DNA of 63,064 nt, counting the filler, from Sphacelaria rigidula (lineage: Eukaryota): assembly GCA_964200075.2 (NCBI GenBank). It is 5 parts of 5 records of this genome, joined end to end, with 100 filler letters (N's around TTAATTAATTAA, not from the genome) between each part and the next. Parts side by side here need not be neighbours in the genome. Positions count along the whole stretch, not along the records: positions 50,536 to 63,064 come from CAXNAA020003659.1; 4 more parts are not named here. The stretch is one strand, 5' to 3'. Numbering within the stretch: the first letter of the stretch is position 1; each line of letters opens with the position of its first letter. A program made the position numbers and the translations under genes. Under the pieces are notes generated by a model that saw only the letters and a program-made list of their open reading frames with translations, was not told the DNA's origin and searched no databases. Shown here piece by piece: positions 50,655 to 63,064 of the stretch.

Positions 50655-51600
50655 ATGCAACAGACAATTGACAGTACACCGGTGATGCCTGCTAATACAG
50701 CACAGCAAGCACCGTTCCATAACCCCAATTCCCACGGTGTTCGCAGCAACAAAAGTATTCCACCTTGGGATGAAAAAGATGCAACATCCACACTAATGCC
50801 AGGGACGGGTTCGATGTGTTTTACATCCAGATGTATGCTTATTTCAATGATGAAGACTGCTATGACGCTTTGTCAGTTGACAGCCCCATCAGGACACATC
50901 GTGAAAACGAGGAGGATTTGCGAGCACATTTCGGAAACGCAGCTGTCGACAAAGCCAAAAAGGCCATGAACATAATTCTCGATGAGGTAACCCCTCCCCC
51001 TTAGTAAGGCACATCGATATGCTTGCAAACCCAAGCCAAGCATGGGACTACATCGTCAAGTAAGTACTACAGGATTCCAGAAGCCACGGGAAAAGCCAAG
51101 TTGTTGGAGTACGAATGGCAAACGTTACAGATGGCTGACGGTGAATTGCCGATGAACTTCCTCTCGCGGGCACAGTTCATTCGCACACGAAGCGCAAATA
51201 ATTCAATATAGTTCTCTCGGACTCTGAGGCGAACAGGCATATTGTTCGATGCCTTTCATCAGAATACGAGCACGAACGTAGGAATTTATTAGTACTACGT
51301 GAGATAGGCATAGAAGAGGTCACCCGCCAACTAGAAAATGCGTATGCTGAAGCACAATTGACAAGAGAGAGGCAAAAGACAACCTTGAACCATGCCCTTT
51401 CCGCCTCTAGTACCAATGGTGGAAGGGGTCATGGTTCACAAGGCAGAAGGCAGAAGGGGGGGAACCGAAGATCCCACAATTCCCAAAATTAACACAACTA
51501 CAACAACATCCCTCCAAACCGCACCAATTCCCCACAACAATGCAGTTTCCATTCCAATCATGGCCCACAGCAACACTTCAGCGGTGGAAAGTGTGCCATA
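50655..51600 (+). mobile_element. Ty1/Copia-type gag remnant (frameshifted)
   Basis: Consecutive fragments IPPWDEK / LRAHFGNAAVDKAKKAMNIILD / LLEYEWQTLQMADGELPMNFLSRA / VLSDSEANRHIVRCLSSEYEHERRNL...LENAYAE, followed by HALSASSTNGGRGHGSQGRRQKGG. This fits the UBN2/Retrotran_gag_2 pattern. Confidence 0.75.
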
Positions 51601-53062
51601 ACAAAAAAAATTGTGAACTGTATCCTTTTCAGGTGTACAGTCCCGCCGTTGTAAGAGCAAGTACCCGCCTTCGCCCATATTCGTTACCCTCCGACATCTG
51701 AATATCCGCCTTATCATGTATGTGAACAACTTCAGAACAGTTCCGTCGCGCGACGGTTTAGTTCTACTAAGAAGTACAGTCTTAACTTCATATATTTCTA
51801 TTTGAACAAACAAAGTCGCGTGAAAGGCTTGCCTCTTGCTGCTGCAGCCGCGTTGTTCTTCCTGAGAACGAGAAGCAGAACAGTGCTGCGCTGCCGATCG
51901 ATCGGGAATCAAGGACCGCTCCCGGAACGGCGAGCGATCGAGAGACCGTTCGCGGAAGCTGATTTCGACTTTTTTCGCCTCGCCCCAGCGTCCACATGTC
52001 AATTCCGACATTTTCGTGCTTTTCCCAGGTCCACCACCTAGCGGAGAAATAGAAACAAGAAGCACACAGCCTCCGTACGTGTGTTTCGCGCTTACTGACG
52101 GCGATGTAGACCGACGGCTCTTATGACAATGTTTGGGTCTGATTTTCTTGCTATTTTAGCAGCTGAGATGAGTATGTTAGAAAATGAGACTGTGGGGCTT
52201 ACTCTCGTCAACGCCTCGTATGGTATTGTATTTGTATGGGGACATTGTGTCGATCGCCGGTACTCCTCACGATAGTTTGGTCTGATATGGAGCGTAGCAG
52301 TAGTCGGGTTGCTCCCACTCTCCTCAGTTGACCGTTCAACACGGTGGGTTATTCGGACTGTCTTGCCCGCAAGCGGCACCTTGAACACTATCTTCTGTCT
52401 ACACTCCAAAGCAGCTTGTCTGCTTGCTTGGCTTAAGTGCTATTGCACCAACTCTAGCGATCACGTCAAAGGGGTCCTAGCGACACCTTCTCTAACAGAG
52501 TATGCCGCGAAGCTGCAGAATCTTCCAGTAAGGTATTTGGGCAACAAAAAATAACAAAAATCCATGCTCCTCCATACTTAACGAAAACGATTCGTGAGTG
52601 CATCCGCGAGAGACGCTGCAAACAGCAGATAGCGGCACCCTCGGTACCTGAACAGCAAACTACACACGATCCCATATTATACCATGCTGCACACGCGCTG
52701 AAGAACGATCAGACCTCCTCTGCGCCATCAGCATGAACAACTAGGCGAGAGATTGTATTCTACTCTAGCTTCCCGTGATTCTGTCGCACCGTTTGAAACC
52801 CAACTTTGCAGCACGTAGACGGGAACGACTCCAGTATCATCGTCTCGAGCAAAGTGTGAACTACGATGTGGCTTAATGAAGTGAATGCGAGGACAAAACA
52901 TGCGCCGAACCAGCTGGAGGCGAGGCCACGAACAACTCCTGTTCGGTCCGTCAGTCGTCCATTACGCCTCGTCAATTCATTTTGAAGGAGATCAAATACT
53001 TTGATTTTAGCACCCTCAGTAGCTGTATATCCGACTCCGATGACGGTCGGAGTGCAGCCAAT

Positions 53063-53263
53063 AGAGTTTCGGAAAACGTTTTTTTTTGTCATTTCAGAGT
53101 GCGAATATCTCAGAGTCAGAGTGCAGAATAAAATCATTTAAAACTCGTCGAAACAAAGTTACCGGGATACCACAATTGGCGGAGCGGGAAATACTTTTTC
53201 GGTACACTTTGATCCTGAGATATTCGAATTCTGAAATGAGAAGCAAGCGTTTTCTAAAACTCT
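53063..53263. mobile_element. MITE-like element with ~60-bp imperfect inverted arms
   Basis: AGAGTTTCGGAAAACG...TCATTTCAGAGTGCGAATATCTCAG / CTGAGATATTCGAATTCTGAAATGA...CGTTTTCTAAAACTCT. Confidence 0.65.
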
Positions 53264-56200
53264 CTCATATGATTCCGATGTAGTTTACTCGACGTTGACG
53301 ATTATACGGCGTGATCGGCTTCTCGAGACTCAAATGAAACGCTCGACTATGCAGTCTTTGAAGATCAACCTCACAATCCTAAAGAATGGCATCCGGGACA
53401 TGAGTGCGGGGAGCATTTTACGGACCTTGGGTGCTACCAGCTGTGACTACGCCAGCAGCTGCTGCTGTCCAGCTACACCTCAAAGTTGAGTTTCTTTCGC
53501 CTGACGGAGCAATATACCTCTGCAGAACGCACAACCCCCCCCACGCGGAGGCGGCCATGGCCGATGCCGCCTGGGATCGGCCCGCGTGACGTTGCTCCGA
53601 AACCCCCGCATCACCCGCCACTCCGGATGCTGCAAAAGCGTAGAAACGATCGGTACAGTGATGTTTTAAAATTGGGCATCAGGATGATGTCGGTAATATT
53701 GCTCATGCAAGTTAAGCCCGTCGATTGTGGTGCAATCTTCCAGGACACCGTATCGCAGCGCAGCCTTGCCGTGCAGAACTCATTTATGTTTCCGGTCATT
53801 AGGGACGTACCAATGAAGAGTTCGCTCACCGCAAAAGGGGTCGAGGAAAATCAGTAGTACGGTAATAATGCTAACTAGAGGATGATGCTCTACGGAAGTA
53901 ACCCCCTTTTTACCTTGAAATGTACCTGAACATATCTGGTGGCGTGGCTTCGTGAGAGGGGTGCTACAGTAACGTTGAGAAATGGCGAGAACGCACGAGT
54001 TGCTCATCGCGGCAAATGTCGTTTTTCACTTTGGTCATGTTGAACCGTACCACAACGAAACACCTACATGCTGCTGAATGATTAGCCTGTACCGGTACCC
54101 TTGTCGAGAGGACATTGTGCATGGCGTGTCTAGAGCACTAGAGGACTCACCGTCAAACAAGAAGGAATGGAGATCTCGCAAGGATAGGTGTGCGATTGCA
54201 GGGGTTGGCGGGGTCGCCGGCTTGGATAGTATTCCCGTCACTTGGGGTGTAACAGTTGGTAGCGGACTTGTCCCCGGTGCCTGCATTCGAAATGAAGGTT
54301 GTGGTTTTGAGTTGATGAAATTGCACAACCGCCATACACGTTCTACGATAGCCCACCCTTCCCCAAAAGGTGCCCGGTTTCGGGAGGCAAAATCTTCACG
54401 TATATCAAAGTGGAAAAAGCCGAGCACAACGAGCAGCTGGAAATTCCCACGCTTGGGTTCGTTCTCGCCAATTTCACCCATATGAGGCCCTTTATGCCGC
54501 CTGAACCCGACCATCAGGCGCTGTATCACCATTGTTTCGTGACGCTTTGGGGCTGGTTTTTTGGGGGGGCTAATGTAGAAAGTGTCCATAGCCATGAGAC
54601 ATTTGGGGGGGAAACGGTCGTGATGAGGTATGTTCCCGCATATTCTTGCAATCAGCTAAAAAGTGTGGGGCAATCAGTCAAGCAATACTGCTTGCCAATG
54701 CATTCGACATGTGTAGATGGCTTGACAGGTATACCGTAGGTTTCAAAGTAATAATCAAGATATCCAATCGTGTTACGCATATTTAAAGATCTAAAGTAGA
54801 TGCACAACCATACGTTACCACAATCGTCAGCTTCGGGGTCGTGGTGTGTCCACGCCGACCTCTGAGCAATCACTGCTCTCAAGTCCGTCGTACATTCAAA
54901 CTCCGCGAATTTTTGTATCGCCGCGCTCACGGCGTGTGTTACGGCACCTTGTGCGGTGTTTTAATGATCGTACTTACGTCACCCACCTTCCTCCTTGGAA
55001 CGTGTTAGTCATGTCAGAGGATCAACCAACCTTTTGCCAAGGGCCTGTCCTGCACTTCACCTTCGAACGTTGGATTATGACTCCCGCAGACCGTCGACGT
55101 TCATCGACTCAAGGCACCAGCTGATACGCTGTTGATTACGGCGCTTGGGAGTTTCCGTGGTAGTTTCCAGTTTGGGGACAGTTGACACGCACTTTGGCCC
55201 CCAAGCAAGGAATATATCGCCACCACGTGTCCAGGGCACTTTGCATCACCTCACTGAGAAGGTACTAGCTCACGTTTCCGATTCGCCTAACTCCGAGGGT
55301 TAGAGAGTGGTCTATCAGCGAAACTCTAACCGACTGCTGCCGATATAGCCCCCCCCCCCGAACCGGCCAAAAACGTGCCCGGAGGTGATGGTCATAAATC
55401 CCGTGAGAGCTGGTTTCGTGCTGCACGACGCGACTCATTTGGGCGTTATAGCTGATTTCGGACTGCTATACGCCTCTCATGTGGGCGAAATCGCTGCAAA
55501 CGAGCTTAATAGTGGGATTGCAGCCGGTTTGTCGTACGGTCTCCGGTGTTTTTTGTTTGGGGGGGGCTATCTCGGCATCAGTCAACCCTACATGAAAATA
55601 TGTAAGCACGATATGGAAATATTGAAAGATCACTACATATACCATACTTGATTCATGTACCGTTGGAATCTTGTTCGGAGACCATTTTTCGAAACCTCGG
55701 AGCCACGCGATTGGGAACGTGCGCCAGACGCCTCTCAGTGAGGTGATTGATGTAAAGTGCCCAAAACACGTGATAGCGGAATTCGCTGTTTACGGGGCCA
55801 AACCTCGTGCGAACTTCCCCCAACGGAAAGATATTGCAGACCAAACTCCAGGTACCGCAATAAATGGCCTTATTGCTCTGACGTTTCCGGACAACGGATT
55901 GCGGGGAAAATGCCCTACTGCCGAGATTCGAAGCCACAACATCCGACCGGAGTATTGTTGGTGTACCAGGCTTTCCACCGAGGTGCGGAGGCAAAGGGTT
56001 AGGGATACGGTTGGTCATGTGGTATGGATAGTATCTTCGTAGTTTAATGTTGGTGAGCAGCTATTGGAAAGAGAGCCTGTCAGAAAGAGAGCAGCGCCTT
56101 CAAACGGAGCATGTGACCGACAATTCGATCGTGGGCGAGGGATCGGCCGTGCTGCCCCACCACAGAGCCAGTTCAAGACAGGAAAAAGGTTCTGCGCTGT

Positions 56201-56666
56201 AGTTCCAGTCGGCGGAGGCGTGGTCATCATTGGTGAGGCCGATTGGGTTATTCGCGCATATGAACTCCACACATAAATGAACGGAATGACAATTTTCCTA
56301 CAAGCCATACGCTGTGCAACATCGAAATTCAAGATCCTCCGGGGTTCAGGGAGTAGATCGCGCTAGACCAGACAATACGCTGATGGGTGATGCTAAGTAG
56401 TCTTCCTCTCCAATACTCACAGGTGGTGCGCCGGTCGGAGCATGCCAATAAATAAGTACCGCCACCGGATCGCTTTCATGCGTGCTCCCCTTGCACCACT
56501 CCCGAAAAACGTTCGACAGCCGCGTGTTGCTGACTCGCAAGAGGCACGTTTTTGTTGTGGGGATCGAGAAAAGCAGGGGGCGGGGGAGGGGGCGCGTACA
56601 CATTTGTTGCTTGCCTTATTTGTTTGACCGTTGACCATGCATCCCTTTCAAGACGGGGCAGGGGCA

Positions 56667-56967
56667 GGGGGGTGTACTCATAATCATGCATGCCATAGTC
56701 ATATGACCATTGACCTCGGATCCCTATGAAGCCGGGACGGAGCACGCCTGGTTTTCGCCGAACCAGGCTCGCACTCAATCACCAAGCGCGAAGCGCCGCG
56801 GTGTATTCGACGAGTCGCATGAAGGGTGAGCTGCATCCTGTCAAGATTGTTCGGCCCGAGGCCTACTGATTATCTTGCATCTGGATGACAGCCTGCAATG
56901 AGTTGCTTGATTATCTGGCATCGCCACTTCCAGATACAGCCACGGCTTATACACTGCCTCATGGGTG
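56667..56967. repeat. Repeat family A, copy 4
   Basis: Same sequence blocks as copy 1; right end slightly truncated. Confidence 0.9.
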
Positions 56968-57029
56968 GCAGGCAGCGCGGTCTCGCTTCGGTTCCGTGTC
57001 TGTACACTAATGTAGGTGCTCAGAGTGGG

Positions 57030-58190
57030 AATTATCCTAAGCAAATCTATGGGTTTACGGAAGGCCTTCGACTGCGTCGACTGCACGCTCCCGCGAAAAA
57101 TACTTGTCCGCTTCAGGGTTGCGGATGAGGTCCTCGTTACGTTTCATGATCACATGCGAGGTTGGGTTCGGGTGTATGATGGCAAAGTATTGTGCAAGGT
57201 TTAAAGCAGGACCTGAGGAGGGGATATAGTTCATATTTGCACATGTTTACCGTATTTTTGGCAACAATGGTTGACTATGTACACAACAGATCGCGGCAGA
57301 CTCAGCAGTCGTTTCTGGACTGGTTTGCTCAGATAACGTGCTCAGGAATGAGGATGGCAGCGCCAGAGACCGAGACACCGCTGAAGGATGACGATGCGCT
57401 GTGAAAGGAACGCTGAATGTCTGCCGGAAATGAAGACCAACGGCATCGGAGAACACGAAAACGGGCCAAAGGTTATGCATCTGTGTCCAGTACCGAGGCA
57501 CTGCGCGTTTGAGGCGGTCGGCTGCGTACGAGCAGACGGTCGAGTTTGTCTGGAGCTATCAACGAAGATTAGGATATTTCCGCTGAATCCATGCGGCGAG
57601 CCAGCGCTGCAGTTTTTCACCTAAGATACTATGGCCCTTGGCTCCACGACTTATCAATTTCTCAGCCACTACTCCAGATCGGTCGGGTCGAAGGTAAGGT
57701 GGCGGAAGCGTCGTTGTACGCTCGTGCTAGGGGAACATTTCCGCCCTCAATACTTCGATGATCGGCGCTCCGCCCACTACAAGTTCATGCGGCGAGCACT
57801 TGGCATCGACCGGAAGGATCCTACTCTTCAAAAGGCTCTCTCAGGCGAAGCTGTGCTCGGGAGGGCTACATGTCAAACTGTCCAAAAGATCATCCGAAAG
57901 ACCGAACCCTCGATCGTCGAGGCCCTTGTCCAACAGGGTAACGCCTATCTCGAAACGCATCATATACGGAATGTTGGCTACACAAGAAATCAAGGAAGTC
58001 GGCCGTCCCCGGAAACACTCACTGAGAGAACAGCCTCAAGGACAATCTGCACGCTCTGGGAGCTAGTCCACAAAAACGAAGCAAGTGAATCCTTTACAGC
58101 GCGATGATCGCAGACTCGCCGGATTGGGTCGATACCTTTCAGGTGGGCATACGACACCTAACGGTTGAAGATAGGGCAGACGAGGTAGAG
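57030..58190 (+). mobile_element. Heavily decayed non-LTR retrotransposon (LINE, RTE-like) reverse transcriptase and C-terminus
   Basis: GLRKAFDCVDCTLPRKILVRFRV...FHDHMRGWVRVYDG (compare DLxKAFDSVDR.LLW.VL.RFGVP...FHDGMRA.VR). Then QDLRRG (QGLRQG) and RSAHYKFMRRALGIDRKD...IIRK...ALVQQG. May extend upstream to ~56440 (NKYR motif). Confidence 0.75.
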
Positions 58191-58387
58191 GACGCATGGC
58201 GGAGTAGAGACTTCCACCACTCCAACCTCCGCCGCAAGCAAGACGTTTTTACTGTATGTTAGATATACCACAACGAGGGTCGCCATGGTTGGCGCAACAA
58301 CAGTCACAACAGGCCGCGAAGAATTCAAGGTGAACATGGCCCAGAGAGTCACCCGCTTTTTTTGTGATAGGGGATGAGGGATGCGGC

Positions 58388-58705
58388 GGGGGGTGTACAC
58401 ATGACCTTGCATGCCGTAATCATGAGACCGTTGACCTCGCATCCCTACAAAGCCCGGACGGAGCACGCCGAGTTTTCGCCGGACCAGACTCGCGATCAAT
58501 CACCAGTCACCAAGCGTTAAGCGCCATGATGTCTTCGACGAATCGCATGAAGAGTGGGCTACACCCTGCCAAGCGTTTTCGGCCCGGAGCGTACTGACTA
58601 TCTTGCATATTGTTGACAGACTATACTGAGTTGCCTTTATTTTCTTGTAAATATCGCCACTTTCGACAGGCACGGGTTACACACTGCATTATGGGTGTCT
58701 CACCG
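58388..58705. repeat. Repeat family A, copy 5
   Basis: Same sequence blocks as copy 1. Confidence 0.9.
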
Positions 58706-60604
58706 CGGCGACCAATAGTGCATCCACTTTGATCCAAAAACATTTAGCGCGGCGGAGGAGGGGGAAGAGGATCAATTCTCTCGTCCTGATCGGTCAGGCG
58801 GGCACGTTTTTGTTTTTGTTTTTTGGTTTGTCATTCTACTTTCCGGTTCGACTTTTCGTTCCCCCCCCCCTCTCCACTTCTCTTTCTTCCCTTTTCCCCA
58901 CAGTATTCCCTTCATTTCGTCTGTTCATTTCGGTTGTGTTTTCATGCAGCTTCAGTTTCTCCTCATTCATATTTTTACGTTTTTACTACTATTCCTTTCT
59001 CCGCCTGTGGCAATCAAATTTGTATTTCCTTGATTCAGAAGTTGCAATTGAAAATCTCCGCTTACCAGTGCGGCCTCGAGATTTCTAAGCCGCGACTTGC
59101 TCCCCGGGCATTCCTTTGTTGTCGGCCTGCCCTATGGTTGAAACTTCCTGGCTAACTGTGCCTCCTGTAAACAGCTCAGTCTTAGCCTGGTGCCAAGACC
59201 TTGCTCCTGATACCGCCTCCTATCCCTCGTAAACTCTATAAGGAATGTATCCTCAGAGCCATCACTTGTATCTTTTGCATTTTCCCCAGTTTTTTTTTTC
59301 TTCATGTTTTTCTCGTGTTCCTTGTAGACCGTGCTTCCGTATACTTTTACCTTCGCCACGTCTGTCACGTGTCCATGGTTGGGTGGTTGGGTTCTGATTG
59401 GATTCGTGAATGTCGACTCGTCACTCGATCGATCAATCGAGATCCGTCCTCGCAGGAGTAACACTTGAACCATGCTCCAAGGAAATGTGAAATGAGAAAA
59501 AACAATTGAAGGTAAGACACTCTAATAGGTGCTGTAACGGTTGCAATGGCTCCAATACGATGCACATCATCCACCCTTGGAATATGCACTGAAAGCACGA
59601 AAATCATGGATGTTCAACAGCGTTCAAAACTGCACAAGGAAGAGAGTGCCGCCGGTATGCACCATAAATAAGAGGGTCGCTCTTCATTTATCCCCTGAGT
59701 TGACTTTCGACCTGGCGTTTTTCCGAAACACATATTTCGGGGTGCTGTAGCGCTGTCACGAGTGTACACCGCGTAGTGCGTTCAAAGCGGCGACGTCGGT
59801 TTTTGAGTTGTGTGTACCTCGTGAGTTTGCGCTTGATACTCCCATCCCGCTTTGAGGTAAAGAACCAATCCACCGCCTGGCCTAGTGCATCGAACAGCAC
59901 TGTGTCTGGGATGGGGCACCATGAGAAGGGGCACAGCAACCTGCGGCAACGTGTGGGAAGGAAGACGTTTCGCCCTCTGCGCATGAAGACACATTTGTTG
60001 AGGCAGTGTGACACGGTGGTCTTTCCCTCATCGCCAGCAAAAACGCTTCCCCCACGGTGGTTCAGTGTTCACCCTCTAAAGATTATGCCCATGCACCCCG
60101 GAAACTGACACTGAAGGTGAAACCGCAAACCGATCTGAAATAAAACCATGATTCATGACAAGTGCACCGGCCAGAGAGCGGTGGGCCAGCCAGTAGGTGT
60201 GGTATGCTATCGCTTCTCGTGTGTGCTTATTAGCGCAACGTAAGGTGCAGGTCATTTCCTCAAACCCCGTTCAATCTGCCGTAACTTCTCAGACAAGGTG
60301 TCGGCACTAATTATTTCGCACTTCGCGTGATAAACCAGCGCTCCTTCTCAGAAAAGCGCACCTGTCAATGGCAGTTGAGTAAGGATAGCTGCTGCAACGG
60401 AGAAGTGAAGAGGTCGAATATATCTCGAAATGAGTAGAAGGGGGACAAAACATGCCGCCGTGAATAGCGCGGAACGATTTTGCCGTTCAAGTTTGGAAAA
60501 AATACTCGTGCCGGCCGTCAATATACATACGTTGGGTAAGGGTAAGGGCATCTCTGATGCAGCGTGAACGGCAACATCTCCAAAAGATTTCATGCTCTGC
60601 AATC

Positions 60605-62782
60605 TTACTCCACCAGTTGTTCCAACCTGTTCCGTTGCCACAGAAGCCGAAACACCCGGGCCGGGTGCTGCTCCACACCATGCGCCCGACCTCCCCCACG
60701 CATACCTCCACCACAGACCGTGCCTTCTTCCCATGGGTCCGCAGACAAACCCGCTGGTTCCCCCGCATCAGCCGCCGATGGTAAACCCCCTTCAAAATCT
60801 CCCTTCGTCTGCCCCACTGACCGTTCATAACCGCTAGAACTGGTATATACATTGTCATCAACAGGAGATCGACCACCACGGTGCATGGACACGTCATACT
60901 GTACGCCGTCACAGACGTGCGTCCGTGGGCGAACGTTTTGATGCTCTGTACCAGGAGTGACGGTCTCACGGAGTATTTTCCTACTGTCGCCTTCCGTATG
61001 ATTCGGTATTTCCACGCTGACCTTTCGAGACACTTCGGCGACGACGGTGGTGATGACAGCGTCAACGGCGGCATCCGCGATAGTGGCGGCGGTTTCAGCG
61101 AAGGTAACGGGGATGGCTTCACCGACAGCGGCGGTGGAGGCAGCGGTGGATCGGGTTTTAGCAGCGGCGGTAGTGGCGGTAGCAGTGTCGACAGTGGCAG
61201 GGGATGCGATGTGGGTGGCAACGGAAAAAGCGGCGGGAGCGACAGGGACAGGGGAGGAGGAGGCCGCGGCGGGGGTGGTGATAATGGCAGGTGTGGGGAT
61301 GATAGTAGGAGTGGAATTGGTGGGGAGGGTGGTGGGGATGATGCGGGTGGTTATTCCGGCGGGGGCGGTGACAGTGGTGGGCTTGGTGATGGTTGCAGGG
61401 ATGATGATGGTGGTGGGGTCGGTGATGGCGGCGGGGTTTGTGATGGTTGGCTTGGTGATGGTGGCGGGTTTGACGAGGGTGGCGAGGGTGGCGATGGTGG
61501 CCTGGGCGACGATACCGGTGGTAGTGACGGCAGTGGCGGCAGTGGGGGCAATGGGGGCGACTGATGCTACTACTTCGTCCACTGTACTGTTTACAAACTC
61601 CCAGGAAACATCTTGTCGTGCCGCCCTCGTTGCGAGGTCGCCATGAATGGTGCGGTGATCACGCCTGGGAAGCAAACCAAATGCAGTCTGCACCAGTCGC
61701 CATCGCTCTGATATTGGCGTCCTGGGAGCAGCTTTCTTTCCGTTGTTGTCAGTTTCTTCCTTTTGCGCGTCTGGCTTTGATCCGATTGTCAACACCCTTG
61801 CTTCTGGGCCCCGGCTGTGGTCCATGTGCTGTTTGTCGTCACAGTTCCCTTCATCTGCCCCCATAATTCCTCTCAAAGGACTCGATGGGGGCATATTTTT
61901 GACCTCTGAATGGTTTTGCGGGTTTGTAATACCAAATACCCGTTCAGTGAAAGTTACAGCTTCCGCGGCATTTCGCTCTGGCGGGAATATCACACTTTTG
62001 GGGGTCTCTGTTAGAACGGCAGTCGCGTTGTCGTTGTACCCCAACCGGCTTCGTGCCCCCTGTGATGTTGCGCCCCCTGCTGCGGTGGCTGCGAAGGTAC
62101 TTCCCTTGCTGCCAATATCCTGAGAAACCACGCCACTGTAAGTACTACTTCGACCGACGTGAAGGGTTGAAGTCTCTCCTTCATTCAGCGCCCCTTGGCC
62201 TCCTTCTTGGCTCTTGCCTTCTTGGTGTGCAGCCGAGTCGGGTGTAGAGTGGGATTGAGAGCTTTCTCCTTCAAAAGCGTCGGTAGCGTATGGATCCGAG
62301 ACGTCATCGTCATTATCGCAAGAAGTGACGTTCGCGGATTCGGTCGTGAATGGCTGGTCTTTGTGCCCAATGGGGACTTCATTTGGATTCCCGATAACTG
62401 ACGGTCGGTGGATGCTATTTCTGCCATCGTTGTAAGTATCCCTAGACATAGCTCGAATAAAGTCTGCAGCGACATCGGCTACATCATCTCTACGCACAAT
62501 ATGGTCGGCAACACCGATGGTTCTGTTGCCGTGTTTATCCCGCGGAGGCGTTTCGCTCTGCCCCGTTGGCACATTTGAGGTTCCCGCCTTCAGAACCTCC
62601 ACCGGACCGTGTCGATGCCGACCAACTTCATCATGGTTTCTCTCGTCATAGCCGAAGGAGTTTCTGCTTACAAACATTGCCAAATCCTGCGCTTCCGACC
62701 AAAGGCCACCGCATCGGGGGACAGGGCGAGACGAGGAAGATGGTTTGTCCCGTTTTGTAATTTCTTGCGGCGACCCGAACAT
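60605..62782 (-). CDS. Hypothetical disordered protein (725-aa ORF, probably a large exon) with a Thr/Pro/Ala/Ile-rich repeat segment
   Basis: 2.2-kb stop-free frame extending well beyond the low-complexity core on both sides. No recognisable domain. Candidate donor sites near the 3' end (CTG|GTGGAG, GGA|GTAAGA). Confidence 0.6.
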   Translation of the reverse strand: MFGSPQEITKRDKPSSSSRPVPRCGGLWSEAQDLAMFVSRNSFGYDERNHDEVGRHRHGPVEVLKAGTSNVPTGQSETPPRDKHGNRTIGVADHIVRRDDVADVAADFIRAMSRDTYNDGRNSIHRPSVIGNPNEVPIGHKDQPFTTESANVTSCDNDDDVSDPYATDAFEGESSQSHSTPDSAAHQEGKSQEGGQGALNEGETSTLHVGRSSTYSGVVSQDIGSKGSTFAATAAGGATSQGARSRLGYNDNATAVLTETPKSVIFPPERNAAEAVTFTERVFGITNPQNHSEVKNMPPSSPLRGIMGADEGNCDDKQHMDHSRGPEARVLTIGSKPDAQKEETDNNGKKAAPRTPISERWRLVQTAFGLLPRRDHRTIHGDLATRAARQDVSWEFVNSTVDEVVASVAPIAPTAATAVTTTGIVAQATIATLATLVKPATITKPTITNPAAITDPTTIIIPATITKPTTVTAPAGITTRIIPTTLPTNSTPTIIPTPAIITTPAAASSSPVPVAPAAFSVATHIASPATVDTATATTAAAKTRSTAASTAAVGEAIPVTFAETAATIADAAVDAVITTVVAEVSRKVSVEIPNHTEGDSRKILRETVTPGTEHQNVRPRTHVCDGVQYDVSMHRGGRSPVDDNVYTSSSGYERSVGQTKGDFEGGLPSAADAGEPAGLSADPWEEGTVCGGGMRGGGRAHGVEQHPARVFRLLWQRNRLEQLVE

Positions 62783-63064
62783 GGAAATGATAGATTACCA
62801 TAGATGCAACTATAAAAAATCAGCGCTCATAGCTCAACTTACGATAAGGGACAAGAGAGACGCGCTGAAACGGAAGACTTAGGCACTCGATGGCGGAACT
62901 TAAAAAAGACAAAGGTGCAGCAATAAGCAGAAACGAGGTTGTACTTGCGCCAGACACTGAAATATTTCAGTACACAGTCGGGGGGGGGGGGGGGGGGGGG
63001 GGGCGGTCGGGGGGCGTGGTGTTGTGTAGAAAAGGGGGGTGGTTTAATTGTGGTGTGTTTTTTT

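Noticed and set aside
56667..58705. Novel element with direct repeats flanking a LINE-type RT
   Set aside because: The flanking repeats are abundant family A copies also found alone. LINE-like sequence appears to continue upstream of copy 4, and no TG...CA ends or TSD bound the pair.
60881..61646. Gly/Asp-rich and Val/Met-rich plus-strand proteins
   Set aside because: Confined to the low-complexity tract; best explained as antisense shadows of the longer minus-strand ORF.
62979..63064. Poly-G and GT-rich end as a regulatory G-quadruplex
   Set aside because: Looks like low-quality contig-end sequence, as at 37728-37804.

Overview
Eukaryotic, intron-rich, repeat-rich genomic DNA. A brown alga or related stramenopile is inferred from gene architecture and element types; this is not proven. 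The window is five contigs joined by 100-nt N spacers carrying an artificial TTAATTAATTAA linker. Host genes I could rebuild exon by exon with GT-AG sites and consistent phases are: (1) a complete 4-exon AN1 zinc-finger gene (ZFAND2/AIRAP-like, minus, 15001-18643); (2) a head-to-head proteasomal deubiquitinase UBP6/USP14 (plus, from 18971, 7 exons, cut off before the 25172 gap) whose catalytic domain carries a ~95-aa insert with an SH3/Tudor-like pattern; (3) a 12-exon ABC1/UbiB atypical kinase, ADCK2-like (38490-46554, 5' end unresolved). There is also an orphan glutaredoxin CPFC exon and a 725-aa low-complexity ORF. The rest is mobile DNA: a decayed chromodomain Ty3/Gypsy element with its LTR, a second gag-like remnant, Copia gag and LINE RT remnants, and several MITE/SINE-like families. 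One of these is a 211-bp TG...CA element with 5-bp target-site duplications that carries TTAGGG telomere repeats. I see no convincing wholly new multi-gene system. The best leads are the divergent ZFAND2-UBP6 proteasome pair, the UBP6 insert domain and the telomere-repeat MITE.
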